From assembly GCA_963811085.1 (NCBI GenBank), contig CAWEPV010000003.1, positions 482,482 through 546,481 of the forward strand: 64,000 bases of DNA, written 5' to 3'. Each line of letters opens with the position of its first letter. The stretch's first letter is position 1. A program made the position numbers and the translations under genes. Below are positions 36,757 to 47,669 of the stretch, piece by piece. The notes under the pieces are model-generated. The model had not been told where the DNA came from and did no database searches. It saw nothing but the letters and a program-made list of their open reading frames with translations. Origin of the DNA: an uncultured beta proteobacterium (lineage in GTDB: Bacteria; Pseudomonadota; Gammaproteobacteria; Burkholderiales; SG8-39).

Positions 36757-38153
36757 GCGGCGTGCGCGGCCAGGTATTGTTTGACCGCCTGCGCCTCGGC
36801 GGGCAGTTCCTCGAAACGCTGCGGCAGGCGCTCGATGCCCTCGTAGCCGCGCGGCCGCTCGGGCTCGCGCCCGAGCGCCTCGCGGATCGTCTCGGCGAAC
36901 TTGGCCGGCAGCGCGGTCTCCAGGCACAGCAGCGGCACGCCCGCCTCGCGGTATTCGAGCCCGACCTTGATGCCGTCCGCGGTGTGCGGGTCGACCATCG
37001 CGCCGTAGCGCTGCCAAACGCCGCGGATGGTGGCCAGGCGGTCGGCGTGCAGCGAGCGGCCCGAGACGAACCCGGTCTCGGCGACGTTGCGGTAGTAGGC
37101 CGAGTGCGACAGGTCGAACGCGCCGTCGTCGCCCAGCCGGCGCCACAGCTCGCGCACCCGCGCGCCGTCGCCGCCGACCAGGTCGTGCACGTAGCGCTCG
37201 AAGTTGGAGGCCTTGGAGATATCCATCGACGGGCTCGAGGTGGCCTTGACCTCTTTTGCCTTCCTCGGCCGGTAGCGCCCGCTGCGGAAGAACTCGTCCA
37301 ACACGTCGTTCTCGTTGCTCGCCAGGATCAGGCGCCGGATCGGCAGCCCCATCGAGCGCGCCACGTGGCCGGCGTAGATGTTGCCGAAGTTGCCCGAGGG
37401 CACCGCGAACGAGACCTGCTCGGCGTCCGACGCGGTGGCGGCGAAGTAGCCCTTGAAGTAGTACACCACCTGCGCCGCGACGCGCGCCCAGTTGATCGAG
37501 TTGACCGTGCCGATGCGGTGGCGGCGCTTGAACTCGGCGTCGGCGGCGACCGCCTTGACGATGTCCTGGCAGTCGTCGAACACGCCTTCGAGCGCGAGGT
37601 TGTGGATGTTGTCGTCCTGCAGGCTGTACATCTGCGCCGCCTGGAACGGGCTCATGCGCCCGCGCGGCGAGAGCATGAACACGCGCAGGTTCTTCTTGCC
37701 GCGCATCGCGTGCTCGGCCGCGGAGCCGGTGTCGCCCGAGGTGGCGCCAAGAATGTTGAGCCGCTCGCCGCGCTGCTCGAGCACGTACTCGAACAGGTTG
37801 CCGAGCAGCTGCAGCGCGAGGTCCTTGAACGCGAGCGTCGGCCCGTTCGACAGGCCGAGGATATGCAGCCCCGGCTCGAGCGTCTTGAGCGGCGTGATCT
37901 CGTCGCCGCCGAAAATCGAGCTGGTGTAGGTCTTGAAAATAATTTTTCTGAAGTCCTCTCGAGGAATGTCGTCGACGAAGAGCGAAAGGACTTCGAAGGC
38001 CAGTTCGGGATAGCCGAGCCCGCGCCAGGCCGCGAGGTCGGCGCGCGGGATCGACTCGGGAACGTACAGCCCGCCGTCGGGGGCGAGGCCCTCGAGCACG
38101 ATGTCGGTGAAACGCTGCGGCGCACCGACCCCGCGAGTCGATACGTAGCGCAC
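36753..38153 (-). CDS. thrC: Threonine synthase
   Basis: (M)RYVSTRG N-terminus, PLP-lysine block GPTLAFKD, 466 aa. GTG start sharing one base with the hom TAG. Confidence 0.95.
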   Translation of the reverse strand: MRYVSTRGVGAPQRFTDIVLEGLAPDGGLYVPESIPRADLAAWRGLGYPELAFEVLSLFVDDIPREDFRKIIFKTYTSSIFGGDEITPLKTLEPGLHILGLSNGPTLAFKDLALQLLGNLFEYVLEQRGERLNILGATSGDTGSAAEHAMRGKKNLRVFMLSPRGRMSPFQAAQMYSLQDDNIHNLALEGVFDDCQDIVKAVAADAEFKRRHRIGTVNSINWARVAAQVVYYFKGYFAATASDAEQVSFAVPSGNFGNIYAGHVARSMGLPIRRLILASNENDVLDEFFRSGRYRPRKAKEVKATSSPSMDISKASNFERYVHDLVGGDGARVRELWRRLGDDGAFDLSHSAYYRNVAETGFVSGRSLHADRLATIRGVWQRYGAMVDPHTADGIKVGLEYREAGVPLLCLETALPAKFAETIREALGREPERPRGYEGIERLPQRFEELPAEAQAVKQYLAAHAA

Positions 38154-39463
38154 TAAAGCAGCTCTTCGAGCCGAATCCGGGTCACCTTGCCGACCACGGT
38201 CCTGAGCTTTTCGATCTTCTTCAGCGCCGCGTCCACGTTCTTCTCCAGCGCGCGGTGCGTCAGCAGCACGATGTCGACCTGCTTCTGGCCCGCGCCGGGC
38301 TCCTTCTGCACCATGGCGTCGATCGAGATCGAGCCCTGCGCGAGGATCCTCGTGATGTCGGCGAGCACGCCGGGCCGGTCGAGCACCCGCAGGCGGAAGT
38401 AGTACGAGGTCTCGACCTCGCCGATCGGCAGCAGCTTGGTGTCCGAGAGCTGGTCGGGCTGGAACGCGAGATGCGGCACGCGGTGGCCGGGGTCGGCGGT
38501 GATCAGGCGCGTGACGTCGACCAGGTCGGCCACCACCGCGCTCGCGGTCGGCAGGCTGCCGGCGCCGGCGCCGTAGTACAGCGTCGGCCCGACCGCGTCG
38601 CCCTTGATCAGGATCGCGTTCATCACCCCTTCCACGTTGGCGATCAGGCGCCGCGCCGGCACCAGCGTGGGGTGGACCCGCAGCTCGATGCCCTTGGAGG
38701 TCCTTTTCGTTATGCCGAGCAGCTTGATGCGGTAGCCCAGCTCTTCGGCGTAGACGATGTCGGCGCGGGTGAGGCGGGTGATGCCCTCGGTGTAGGCCTT
38801 CTTGAACTGCATCGGGATGCCGAACGCGAGCGCCGAGAGGATGGTCAGCTTGTGCGCGGCGTCCACGCCCTCGACGTCGAAGGTCGGGTCGGCCTCGGCG
38901 TAGCCCAGGCGCTGCGCCTCGGCCAGCACGGTGGCGAAGTCGAGTCCCTTGTCGCGCATCTCCGACAGGATGAAGTTCGAGGTGCCGTTGATGATGCCGG
39001 CGATCCATTCGATCCGGTTCGCGCTCAGCCCCTCGCGCAGCGCCTTGATGATCGGGATGCCGCCCGCGACGGCGGCCTCGAACGCCACCATGACGCCCTT
39101 TTTCTGCGCCGCGGCGAAGATCTCGTTGCCATGATGGGCGAGCAACGCCTTGTTGGCGGTCACCACGTGCTTGCCGTGCGCGATCGCGTCCAGCACCAGT
39201 TCGCGCGCGATGCCGGTGCCGCCGATCAACTCGATCACGATGTCGATGTCCTTCGCGCGCGTCACCTCGCGCGCGTCGGCGGTGAGCTTCGCCTTGGCGC
39301 CGACGATGCCGCGCGCGCGCGCGAGCGCCTTGTCGGCCACGCGCGTGATGCGGATCGCCCGCCCCGCGCGGCGCTGGATCTCGTGCGCGTTACGCCTGAG
39401 CACCTCCCAGGTGCCGCCGCCGACCGTGCCGATGCCAAGCAGGCCGACGTTGATCGGCCTCAC
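38153..39463 (-). CDS. hom: Homoserine dehydrogenase
   Basis: [17 protein letters not shown] fold, catalytic-domain blocks and a C-terminal ACT domain. GTG start in a GTGA overlap. Confidence 0.95.
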   Translation of the reverse strand: MRPINVGLLGIGTVGGGTWEVLRRNAHEIQRRAGRAIRITRVADKALARARGIVGAKAKLTADAREVTRAKDIDIVIELIGGTGIARELVLDAIAHGKHVVTANKALLAHHGNEIFAAAQKKGVMVAFEAAVAGGIPIIKALREGLSANRIEWIAGIINGTSNFILSEMRDKGLDFATVLAEAQRLGYAEADPTFDVEGVDAAHKLTILSALAFGIPMQFKKAYTEGITRLTRADIVYAEELGYRIKLLGITKRTSKGIELRVHPTLVPARRLIANVEGVMNAILIKGDAVGPTLYYGAGAGSLPTASAVVADLVDVTRLITADPGHRVPHLAFQPDQLSDTKLLPIGEVETSYYFRLRVLDRPGVLADITRILAQGSISIDAMVQKEPGAGQKQVDIVLLTHRALEKNVDAALKKIEKLRTVVGKVTRIRLEELL

Positions 39464-40656
39464 GCTGCGCCTCTCAGCAGACCGTCCTTTTTGAACATCT
39501 CGCGCACCCCGCGCAGCGCCTGGCGCAGGCGGTGCTCGTTCTCGATCAGCGCGATGCGCACGTGGTCGTCGCCGTACTCGCCGAAGCCGATCCCGGGCGA
39601 GACCGCGACTCGCGCCTCGTCGATCATCTTCTTGGCGAACTCCAGGGACCCCATGGAGCGATACGGTTCCGGAATCTTGGCCCAGACGTACATCGAGGCC
39701 TTCGGATTGGTGACCATCCAGCCCAGCTCGTGCAGCCCCTTGACCATCACGTCGCGCCGCCGCTGGTAGGTGCGGCGAATTTCCTCGACGCAATCCTGTG
39801 GGCCGTCGAGCGCGACGATCGAGGCGACCTGGATCGGGGTGAAGGTGCCGTAGTCGTGATAGCTCTTGATGCGCGCCAGCGCGTGCACCAGGTCCCTGTT
39901 GCCGACCATGAAGCCGATGCGCCAGCCGGCCATGTTGTAGCTCTTGGACATGGTGAAGAACTCGACCGCCACGTCGCGCGCGCCCGGCACCTGCATGATC
40001 GAGGGCGCTTTCCAGCCGTCGAAGGTGATGTCGGCGTAGGCCAGGTCGTGCACCACCATGATGCCCTGCTCGCGCGCGAAAGCGATCACGCGCTCGAAGA
40101 AGTCGAGCTCGACGCACATCGCGGTCGGGTTGGACGGGAATCCGATCACCAGCATCTTGGGCTTGGGGATCAGCTCGGCGCAGGCGCGCTGCAGCTCGGC
40201 GAAGAAATCGACGCCTTCGGTCATGCGCACCGAGCGGATGTCGGCGCCGGCGATGATCGCGCCGTAGATGTGGATCGGGTAGGAGGGGTTGGGCACCAGC
40301 ACCGTGTCGCCGCGATCGAGCGTCGCGAGCATCAGGTGCGCCAGGCCCTCCTTCGAGCCGATGGTGACGATCGCCTCCGAATCGAGGTCGAACTCGACCC
40401 CGTAGCGCCGCAGGTACCAGTCGCAGATCGCCTTGCGCAGGCGCGGGATGCCCTTCGACACCGAGTAGCCGTGCGTGTCCTGGCGCTGCGCGGCCTCAAC
40501 CAGCTTGTCGACGATGTGCTTCGGCGTCGGGCCGTCGGGATTGCCCATCGACAGGTCGATCACGTCCTCGCCGCGGCGGCGCGCAGCCATCTTCCACTCG
40601 TGCGTCGTGTTGAAGACGTAAGGTGGTAAACGTTTAATGCGCGCGAATTCCCTCAT
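39460..40656 (-). CDS. Class I/II pyridoxal-phosphate aminotransferase (AlaC-like)
   Basis: 398 aa, PLP-lysine block [16 protein letters not shown], upstream of hom-thrC. Confidence 0.9.
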   Translation of the reverse strand: MREFARIKRLPPYVFNTTHEWKMAARRRGEDVIDLSMGNPDGPTPKHIVDKLVEAAQRQDTHGYSVSKGIPRLRKAICDWYLRRYGVEFDLDSEAIVTIGSKEGLAHLMLATLDRGDTVLVPNPSYPIHIYGAIIAGADIRSVRMTEGVDFFAELQRACAELIPKPKMLVIGFPSNPTAMCVELDFFERVIAFAREQGIMVVHDLAYADITFDGWKAPSIMQVPGARDVAVEFFTMSKSYNMAGWRIGFMVGNRDLVHALARIKSYHDYGTFTPIQVASIVALDGPQDCVEEIRRTYQRRRDVMVKGLHELGWMVTNPKASMYVWAKIPEPYRSMGSLEFAKKMIDEARVAVSPGIGFGEYGDDHVRIALIENEHRLRQALRGVREMFKKDGLLRGAA

Positions 40657-40695
40657 AGCGATACAATTTTACACGCGAGCGACCAACCCGCCTCA

Positions 40696-42324
40696 ATGAA
40701 AACAACAACCGCCGCCTTCCTGCTCATTTTCGCCTTCGCCTGGTTCGCCAACCTCGGGCAGCGCGACCTGTTCAACACCGACGAGGGACGCTACGCCGAG
40801 ATCTCGCGCGAGATGGTCGCCAGCGGCGACTGGCTCACCCCCCGCCTGGACGGGCTGAAGTACTTCGAGAAGCCGCCGCTACAGTACTGGGCCACCGCGG
40901 CCGCGTTCGAGGCCTTCGGCCAGAGCGCCTGGAGCGCGCGGCTTTGGACCGCGCTGACCGGATTCCTGGGCGTGCTGGCGGCGGCGTTCGCCGCCGCTCG
41001 CCTGTTCGGCGCCCCGGTCGGGCGCGCGACCGGCCTGATCCTAGGCGGCAGCATGATGTGGGCCGGCATGGGGCATATCGCCTCGCTCGACATGGGCGTT
41101 TCGTTCTTCCTCTCGCTCGCAGTAAGCGCCTTCGCGCTCGCGCAGCGCGACGGCGCCCCGCCCGGCGGCAGGCTGCGCTGGATGTTGGTCGGCTGGGCGG
41201 CGTGCGCGCTCGCGACGCTGTCCAAGGGCCTGATCGGCATCGTGCTGCCCGCGGGCGCGGTCGCGCTGTACGTGCTGTGGCAGCGCGACTGGCGCCTGCT
41301 CGCGCGGCTCGAGCTGGGCGCGGGCCTGGCGCTGTTCCTCGCCATTGCCGCGCCGTGGTTCATCGCGGTCTCGCTCGCCAACAAGGAGTTCGCGCACTTC
41401 TTCTTCATCCACGAGCACTTCGAGCGCTTCCTGACCAAGGACCACGGCCGCTACCAGCCGTGGTGGTACTTCCTGCCGGTGCTCGCGCTCGGCGCGGTGC
41501 CGTGGACGCTCGCTCTGCCCGGCGCGCTCGCGTCCGCCGCGAGCCGCCGCCCGCTGCTCGCGTTCCAGCCGCAGCGCTTCCTGCTCGCCTGGTGCGTGCT
41601 GGTGTTCGTTTTCTTCTCGATGTCGGACTCCAAGCTGCTGGCCTACATCCTGCCGATCTTCCCCGCGCTCGCGATTCTGCTCGCGGACTGGCTGCTGCGC
41701 CTCAGGCCGCGCACGCTGGCCTGGCTCGCCGCGACCGCGGCGCTGGGCGGGGCGGCGCTCGCCGCGCTGATGCCGCTCGCGACCGCGCGCCTGTCGGGCA
41801 ATCTGCCGCCGGGCATGGTCGCGGGCTTCGAGCGCTGGCTGGTGGTGGCCGGCGTCGCGGTGCTGGCGGCGGGCGCGATCGCGACCCTGGTCGCGCTGCG
41901 CGGGCGGCGCAGCGCGGCGCTCGCCTGGCTAGCGCTCGGCGGCTTCGCGCTGACGCAGCTCCTGCTGGTCGCGTACCAGTCGCTCGCGCCGGTATACTCG
42001 GCGCGCCAGATCGTGGAGCGCATCCGGCCCGAGCTCGATGCCGCGACGCGCGTCTACTACGTGCAGATGTTCGACCACAGCTTCCTGTTCTACGCCAGGC
42101 GCACTGCGATCATGGTCGGCTACAAGGACGAGCTGGACAATTCGCTCGCCTGGGAGCAGCGCAACTATCTCCCGACCGTGGAGGCGTTTTCGCGCGCCTG
42201 GCGCGGCCACGGTCCCGCGGTGGCGCTGATGCCGCCGGCCGAGTACGACCGCCTGGTGCAGGCCGGGCTGCCGATGCGGGTGCTGGCGCGCGATCCCCGG
42301 CGCGTCGCGGTGGCGACGCCGTGA
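40696..42324 (+). CDS. arnT: GT39/GT83-family lipid A 4-amino-4-deoxy-L-arabinose transferase
   Basis: N-terminal DEGRYAEISREM...YFEKPPLQYW motif, a 542-aa polytopic protein, in arn context. Confidence 0.85.
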   Translation: MKTTTAAFLLIFAFAWFANLGQRDLFNTDEGRYAEISREMVASGDWLTPRLDGLKYFEKPPLQYWATAAAFEAFGQSAWSARLWTALTGFLGVLAAAFAAARLFGAPVGRATGLILGGSMMWAGMGHIASLDMGVSFFLSLAVSAFALAQRDGAPPGGRLRWMLVGWAACALATLSKGLIGIVLPAGAVALYVLWQRDWRLLARLELGAGLALFLAIAAPWFIAVSLANKEFAHFFFIHEHFERFLTKDHGRYQPWWYFLPVLALGAVPWTLALPGALASAASRRPLLAFQPQRFLLAWCVLVFVFFSMSDSKLLAYILPIFPALAILLADWLLRLRPRTLAWLAATAALGGAALAALMPLATARLSGNLPPGMVAGFERWLVVAGVAVLAAGAIATLVALRGRRSAALAWLALGGFALTQLLLVAYQSLAPVYSARQIVERIRPELDAATRVYYVQMFDHSFLFYARRTAIMVGYKDELDNSLAWEQRNYLPTVEAFSRAWRGHGPAVALMPPAEYDRLVQAGLPMRVLARDPRRVAVATP

Positions 42325-43448
42325 GCGACTACCTGCCCTTCACCCGCCCGAGCATCGACCAGGCGACCATCGACGGCGTGGCCGAGGTGCTGCGCTCGGG
42401 CTGGATCACCACCGGGCCGCAGGCGAAAGAGTTCGAGTCGCGCCTGTCGCATTACTTCGGCGGCCGCCCGGTGCGCGCGCTCGCCTCGGGCACCGGGGCG
42501 CTCGAACTCGCGCTCGCGCTGGCGGACATCGGTCCGGGCGACGAGGTCGTCACCACGCCACTTTCGTGGGTGGCAACCGCGAACGTGGTGCTGCGCGCCG
42601 GCGCGCGGCCCGTGTTCGTCGACATCGACCCGGCGACGCGCAACATCGACCCGGCGAAGATCGAGCCCGCGCTCGGGCCGCGCACCAAGGCGCTGCTCCC
42701 GGTCGACATGGCGGGACTGCCGTTCGATCGCGACGCGGTGTACGCGATCGCGCGCCGCCGGTCCCTGCGCGTGATCGAGGACGCGGCGCAGAGCATGGGC
42801 GCGAGCTGGAAGGGAAGGCGGGTCGGCAGCTTCGGCGACCTGGCGTGCTTTTCGTTCCATGCCAACAAGAACATGACCACCGCCGAGGGCGGCTGCCTGG
42901 TGCTGAACGACGAAGACGAGGCCGCGCGTTGCGAGCGCCTGCGGCTGCAGGGCGTGGTGCGCCTGCCCGGCGGCGAAATCGAGGTCGAGGAAGCCGGCGC
43001 GAAGCTCAACCTGACCGACGTCGCGGCGCGCATCGGCCTGGGCCAGCTCGAGCGGGTGGAGGAATTCAACGCGCGCCGGCGCGGCCTCGCGCGGCGCTAC
43101 TTCGAGCGCCTCGACGCGTCGCTCGGCTGCGGCCTGCCGCCGGCGGACTTCGAGCAGTCGAACTGGCACATGTTCCAGGTCCTGCTGCCGCTCGAGCGCA
43201 TGACGATCGACCGCGCGCGCTTCATCGAGCTGATGCACGGGCGCGGCATCGGCGTCGGGGTGCACTATCCCGCGATGCACCTGTTCCGCCTCTACCGCGC
43301 GCAAGGCTGGAAGGCGGGCGATTTCCCGCACGCCGAGCGCGTGGGCGCGAGCATCGCCACCCTGCCGCTGTTCCCGGCCATGCGCGAGGACGACGTCGAC
43401 CGGGTCTGCGCGGTGCTCGGTGATATCCTTGCCGCTCACCGCCGCTAG
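42321..43448 (+). CDS. arnB: UDP-4-amino-4-deoxy-L-arabinose--oxoglutarate aminotransferase (DegT/DnrJ/EryC1 family)
   Basis: LPFTRPSID..., FSFHANKNMTTAEGG PLP-lysine block. GTGA overlap with arnT. Confidence 0.9.
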   Translation: MSDYLPFTRPSIDQATIDGVAEVLRSGWITTGPQAKEFESRLSHYFGGRPVRALASGTGALELALALADIGPGDEVVTTPLSWVATANVVLRAGARPVFVDIDPATRNIDPAKIEPALGPRTKALLPVDMAGLPFDRDAVYAIARRRSLRVIEDAAQSMGASWKGRRVGSFGDLACFSFHANKNMTTAEGGCLVLNDEDEAARCERLRLQGVVRLPGGEIEVEEAGAKLNLTDVAARIGLGQLERVEEFNARRRGLARRYFERLDASLGCGLPPADFEQSNWHMFQVLLPLERMTIDRARFIELMHGRGIGVGVHYPAMHLFRLYRAQGWKAGDFPHAERVGASIATLPLFPAMREDDVDRVCAVLGDILAAHRR

Positions 43449-43466
43449 AAGCGCGGCCCGACCCCG

Positions 43467-44417
43467 ATGCCGTCCCCCGATCTGTCCGTCGTCATTCCGG
43501 TCTACAACGAGGAAGAAGGCCTCGCGGCGCTGTTCGCGCGCCTTTATCCCGCGCTCGACGCACTCGGGCTCGGCTACGAGGTGATCTTCGTCGACGACGG
43601 CAGCCGCGACCGCTCGGCGGCGATCCTGCGCGAGCAGTTCGACAGGCGCCCCGAGGTCACGCGCGTGGTGCTGCTGGCGGGCAACTTCGGCCAGCACCCC
43701 GCGATCCTGGCCGGGTTCGCGCACTGCCGCGGCGAGCGCGTGGTGACGCTCGACGCCGACCTGCAGAACCCGCCCGAGGAAATCGGAAAGCTGCTGGCGC
43801 GGATGGACCAGGGCGCGGACTACGTCGGCGGGGTTCGGCGCCAGCGCCAGGACAGCTGGCTGCGGCGCGTGCCCTCGCGCCTGATGAACCGCCTGCGCGA
43901 GCGCATCACCAGCATCCGCATGACCGACCAGGGCTGCATGCTGCGCGCCTACAGCCGCGAGGTGATCGACGCGCTCAACAAGTGCCGCGAGACCAACACC
44001 TTCATTCCCGCGCTGGCCTACACCTTCGCCCGCCGCCCGGCCGAAATCGAGGTGGCGCACGAGGAGCGCGCGGCGGGCACCTCGAAGTACTCGCTGTTCA
44101 AGCTGATTGCGCTCAATTTCGACCTGATGACTGGCTTCTCGATCGCGCCGCTGCGGTTCTTCTCGGTGCTCGGCATGCTGATCGCCGCCGGCTCGGTGCT
44201 GCTTTACCTGGTGGTGATGGCCGAGCGCATGCTGCTCGCGGGCAGCCTGCGCGAGGCGCTCGCGGCGCTGTGGGATCGCGACATCCTGGCCTACTTCCTG
44301 ATCGGTCTGCAGCTGTTCGGTATCGGCCTGCTGGGCGAGTACATCGGCCGCATCTACGAGGAAGTGCGCCAGCGCCCGCGCTACGTGGTGGGCGCCGTCC
44401 TGCAGCGCGAGGAATGA
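43467..44417 (+). CDS. arnC: Undecaprenyl-phosphate 4-deoxy-4-formamido-L-arabinose transferase (GT2)
   Basis: LSVVIPVYNEEE...IFVDDGSRD, DADLQNPPEEI, two C-terminal TMs. Confidence 0.9.
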   Translation: MPSPDLSVVIPVYNEEEGLAALFARLYPALDALGLGYEVIFVDDGSRDRSAAILREQFDRRPEVTRVVLLAGNFGQHPAILAGFAHCRGERVVTLDADLQNPPEEIGKLLARMDQGADYVGGVRRQRQDSWLRRVPSRLMNRLRERITSIRMTDQGCMLRAYSREVIDALNKCRETNTFIPALAYTFARRPAEIEVAHEERAAGTSKYSLFKLIALNFDLMTGFSIAPLRFFSVLGMLIAAGSVLLYLVVMAERMLLAGSLREALAALWDRDILAYFLIGLQLFGIGLLGEYIGRIYEEVRQRPRYVVGAVLQREE

Positions 44418-45337
44418 CGCGCGCGGTCGTTTTCGCCTACCACAACGTCGGGGTGCGCTGCCTCGCGACCCTGCTCGCGCACGGGGTCGAGGTGCCGCTG
44501 GTGGTGACGCAGCACGACTCGCCGCGCGAGAACATCTGGTTCGCGAGCGTCGCCGGCTTCGCCGCCGAGCGCGAGCTCGAGACGGCATTCCCCGAGGACC
44601 CGAACGAGGCCGCCTTCGCCGCGCGGGTGGAGGCGCTGCAGCCGGACTTCCTGTTCTCGTTCTACTACCGCCAGATGCTCGGCCGGCGGCTGCTCGCGGC
44701 GGCGCGGCGCGGCGCGCTCAACATGCACGGCTCGCTGCTGCCGAAGTACCGCGGCCGCGCGCCGGTCAACTGGGCCGTGATCAAGGGCGAGACCGAGACC
44801 GGCGCGAGCCTGCACTACATGACCGAGAAGCCCGACGCGGGCGCGGTCGTGGGCCGCCAGCGGGTGCCGATCCTGCCCGACGACACGGCGCGCGAGGTGT
44901 TCGACAAGGTCACGCTCGCGGCCGAGCTGGTGCTCGACGCCGCGCTGCCCGGGCTGCTCGCCGGGCGCGCGCCGGGCGTGGCGCAGGACCTCGCCGCCGG
45001 CAGCTACTTCGGCGGCCGGCGCGCGGAGGACGGCCGCATCGACTGGTCCGCAAGCGCGCGCGAGATCCACGACTTGGTGCGCGGCGTGGCGCCGCCCTAC
45101 CCCGGCGCCTTCGCGAGCGCCAGCGGCGTGCCGCTCAGGATCCTGCGCACCCTCGTCGAGCCCGCACGCGCCGGCGCATCGGCCGTGCCGGCCCTATACT
45201 GGGAGGCGCAGCGCTGCTACATCGACTGCGCCTCCGGCGGCCGGCTGAGGCTACTGCAATTCGAGCTGGACGGCCGCGCAGCCGGCGCCGCCGAGCTGCA
45301 GGCGCGCTTTGGTTCAGAACCCGTAATTTTCGACTGA
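44414..45337 (+). CDS. arnA: UDP-4-amino-4-deoxy-L-arabinose formyltransferase (stand-alone ArnA N-terminal domain)
   Basis: Formyltransferase block NMHGSLLPKYRGRAPVNWA. ATGA overlap with arnC. Confidence 0.85.
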   Translation: MTRAVVFAYHNVGVRCLATLLAHGVEVPLVVTQHDSPRENIWFASVAGFAAERELETAFPEDPNEAAFAARVEALQPDFLFSFYYRQMLGRRLLAAARRGALNMHGSLLPKYRGRAPVNWAVIKGETETGASLHYMTEKPDAGAVVGRQRVPILPDDTAREVFDKVTLAAELVLDAALPGLLAGRAPGVAQDLAAGSYFGGRRAEDGRIDWSASAREIHDLVRGVAPPYPGAFASASGVPLRILRTLVEPARAGASAVPALYWEAQRCYIDCASGGRLRLLQFELDGRAAGAAELQARFGSEPVIFD

Positions 45338-45351
45338 CAAGCAAAGATCCC

Positions 45352-46395
45352 ATGAAAAAACTCCTGGTACTCGGCGTCAACGGCTTCATCGGCCACCACC
45401 TCTCGAAGCGCGTGCTCGAGACCACCGACTGGGACGTGTACGGCATGGACATGCAGTCCGAGCGCGTCGCGGACCTGCTCGCCAACCCGCGCTTTCATTT
45501 CTTCGAGGGCGACATCACGATCAACAAGGAGTGGATCGAGTACCACATCCGCAAGTGCGACACGGTGATCCCGCTGGTGGCGATCGCCACCCCGGCCACC
45601 TACGTGCGCGAGCCGCTGCGTGTGTTCGAGCTCGACTTCGAGGCCAACCTGCCGATCGTCCGCTCGTGCGTGAAGCACGGCAAGCGCCTGATCTTCCCCT
45701 CGACCTCGGAGGTCTACGGCATGAGCCGCGACCGCGAGTTCGACCCCGAGACCTCGGAGCTGGTGCTGGGGCCGATCCACAAGCAGCGCTGGATCTACTC
45801 CTGCTCCAAGCAGCTGATGGACCGCGTGATCTGGGCCTACGGCGCACAGCAGGGGTTCGATTTCACCCTGTTCCGGCCATTCAACTGGATTGGCGCCGGG
45901 CTCGACTCGCTCAGCGCCGCGAAGGAAGGCAGCTCGCGCGTGATCACCCAGTTCCTGGGACACATCGTGCGCGGCGAGCCGATCCAGCTGGTCGACGGCG
46001 GCAAGCAGAAGCGCGCCTTCACCTACATCGACGACGGCATCAACGCCCTGATGAAGATCATCGCCAACCCGCGCGGCGTGGCGAGCGGCAAGATCTACAA
46101 CATCGGCAACCCGCGCAACAACTACTCGATCGCGCAGCTAGCGACCATGATGAAGTCGATGGCGCTCAAGTACCCCGAGTACAAGGAAAGCGCGCGCAAG
46201 GTGAAGATCGTCAAGACCAGCGCCAACGCCTACTACGGCAAGGGCTACCAGGACGTGCAGAACCGGGTCCCGGCGATCGCCAACACGATGCGCGAGCTCA
46301 GGTGGCGCCCGCAGGTGGGAATGCGCGACGCGCTGCACTACATCTTCGAGGCCTACCGCGGCCACGTCGCGGAGGCGCGCAGCCTGGTCGAATGA
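45352..46395 (+). CDS. arnA: UDP-glucuronate decarboxylase/dehydrogenase (stand-alone ArnA C-terminal domain)
   Basis: LGVNGFIGHHL NAD fold, extended-SDR YSCSK catalytic motif, 347 aa. Confidence 0.85.
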   Translation: MKKLLVLGVNGFIGHHLSKRVLETTDWDVYGMDMQSERVADLLANPRFHFFEGDITINKEWIEYHIRKCDTVIPLVAIATPATYVREPLRVFELDFEANLPIVRSCVKHGKRLIFPSTSEVYGMSRDREFDPETSELVLGPIHKQRWIYSCSKQLMDRVIWAYGAQQGFDFTLFRPFNWIGAGLDSLSAAKEGSSRVITQFLGHIVRGEPIQLVDGGKQKRAFTYIDDGINALMKIIANPRGVASGKIYNIGNPRNNYSIAQLATMMKSMALKYPEYKESARKVKIVKTSANAYYGKGYQDVQNRVPAIANTMRELRWRPQVGMRDALHYIFEAYRGHVAEARSLVE

Positions 46396-47294
46396 GGCTG
46401 GCGCTCAAGCTCGACGTCGACACCTACCGCGGCACGCGCGAGGGCGTGCCGCGACTGATGCGGATCCTCGCCGGGCAGCGCGCGGGCGCGACCTTCCTCT
46501 TTTCCCTCGGCCCCGACCACACCGGGCGCGCCGTCAAGCGCGTCTTCCGCCGCGGCTTCGTCGGCAAGGTGGCACGCACCTCGGTGCTCGAGCACTACGG
46601 GATACGCACCCTGCTCTACGGCACCCTGCTGCCCGGGCCCGACATCGGCGCGCGCTGCGCGGCCGAGCTGCGCGCCGTGCTCGACGCCGGCTTCGAGACC
46701 GGGATCCACTGCTGGGACCACGTACGCTGGCAGGATGGCGTGGCGCGCGCCGGCGCGGACTGGACGCGCGCCGAGATGCGGCGCGCCTTGGAACGCTACG
46801 CCGAGGTGTTCGGCCGGCCGGCGCGGGTGCACGGCGCGGCCGGCTGGCAGATGAACGCGCACGCCTTCGCCGCCGAGCGCGAGCTCGGCTTGGACTACGC
46901 CTCCGACACCCGCGGCCGCGGGCCCTTCGTGCCGGCGCTCGAGGGCGGCGCGGCGGGGGTGCCGCAGCTGCCGACCACGCTGCCCACGCTGGACGAGCTG
47001 ATCGGGGTCGACGGCGCGACGGCTGACGACGCCGTGGCGCGGGTGCTCGAACTCTCGCGCGAGGCGCCGCCGCAGGGGCACGTCTACACCCTGCACGCCG
47101 AGCTCGAGGGCGGGCGGCTTGCGCCGCAGTTCGGGCGTCTGCTCGAGGGCTGGCGCGCGCTCGGCTACGAGCTGGTCGCGCTGCGCGAGCTGTACGCCGC
47201 GCTCGATACGGCAGCGCTGCCGCGCTGCCGCGTGCTCGAGGGGCCGATCCCCGGGCGCTCCGGCACCCTCGCGCTGCAAGGGAGCGCGGCGTGA
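46392..47294 (+). CDS. arnD: 4-deoxy-4-formamido-L-arabinose-phosphoundecaprenol deformylase (polysaccharide deacetylase family)
   Basis: LKLDVDTYRGT and HCWDH motifs. ATGA overlap with the preceding gene. Confidence 0.85.
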   Translation: MRLALKLDVDTYRGTREGVPRLMRILAGQRAGATFLFSLGPDHTGRAVKRVFRRGFVGKVARTSVLEHYGIRTLLYGTLLPGPDIGARCAAELRAVLDAGFETGIHCWDHVRWQDGVARAGADWTRAEMRRALERYAEVFGRPARVHGAAGWQMNAHAFAAERELGLDYASDTRGRGPFVPALEGGAAGVPQLPTTLPTLDELIGVDGATADDAVARVLELSREAPPQGHVYTLHAELEGGRLAPQFGRLLEGWRALGYELVALRELYAALDTAALPRCRVLEGPIPGRSGTLALQGSAA

Positions 47295-47659
47295 AGTTCG
47301 AGCGCGAGACGCGCGCCGGCGTGAACATGGTCACCGGCTACGGCGAGGGCTACGTGCTGATCAACGGCGAGCGCCACAGCAGCAGCCTGATCATCGCTCC
47401 GGACCGCGTCGTCGCGTGGGAGGCGGGAAGCTTCAATGCGCTGCGCGAGGAACACTTCGCGGGGCTGGCGGCGCTCGGGCCGGAAATCGTGCTGCTCGGC
47501 ACCGGGCCGCGGCTGCGCTTTCCGCACCCGCGCCTGACGTCGCCCCTGTCGGCCGCGCGCATCGGGCTCGAGGTCATGGACCTGAACGCGGCCTGCCGCA
47601 CCTACAATATCCTGGTGTCCGAGGACCGCCGCGTCACCGCGGCGCTGCTGTTCGAATGA
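47291..47659 (+). CDS. Mth938-like (DUF498) domain protein
   Basis: 122 aa, GPEIVLLGTGPRLRFPHP...GLEVMDLNAACRTYNILVSEDRRV pattern. GTG start overlaps the arnD stop. Confidence 0.65.
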   Translation: MKFERETRAGVNMVTGYGEGYVLINGERHSSSLIIAPDRVVAWEAGSFNALREEHFAGLAALGPEIVLLGTGPRLRFPHPRLTSPLSAARIGLEVMDLNAACRTYNILVSEDRRVTAALLFE

Positions 47660-47669
47660 GAGGAACGAG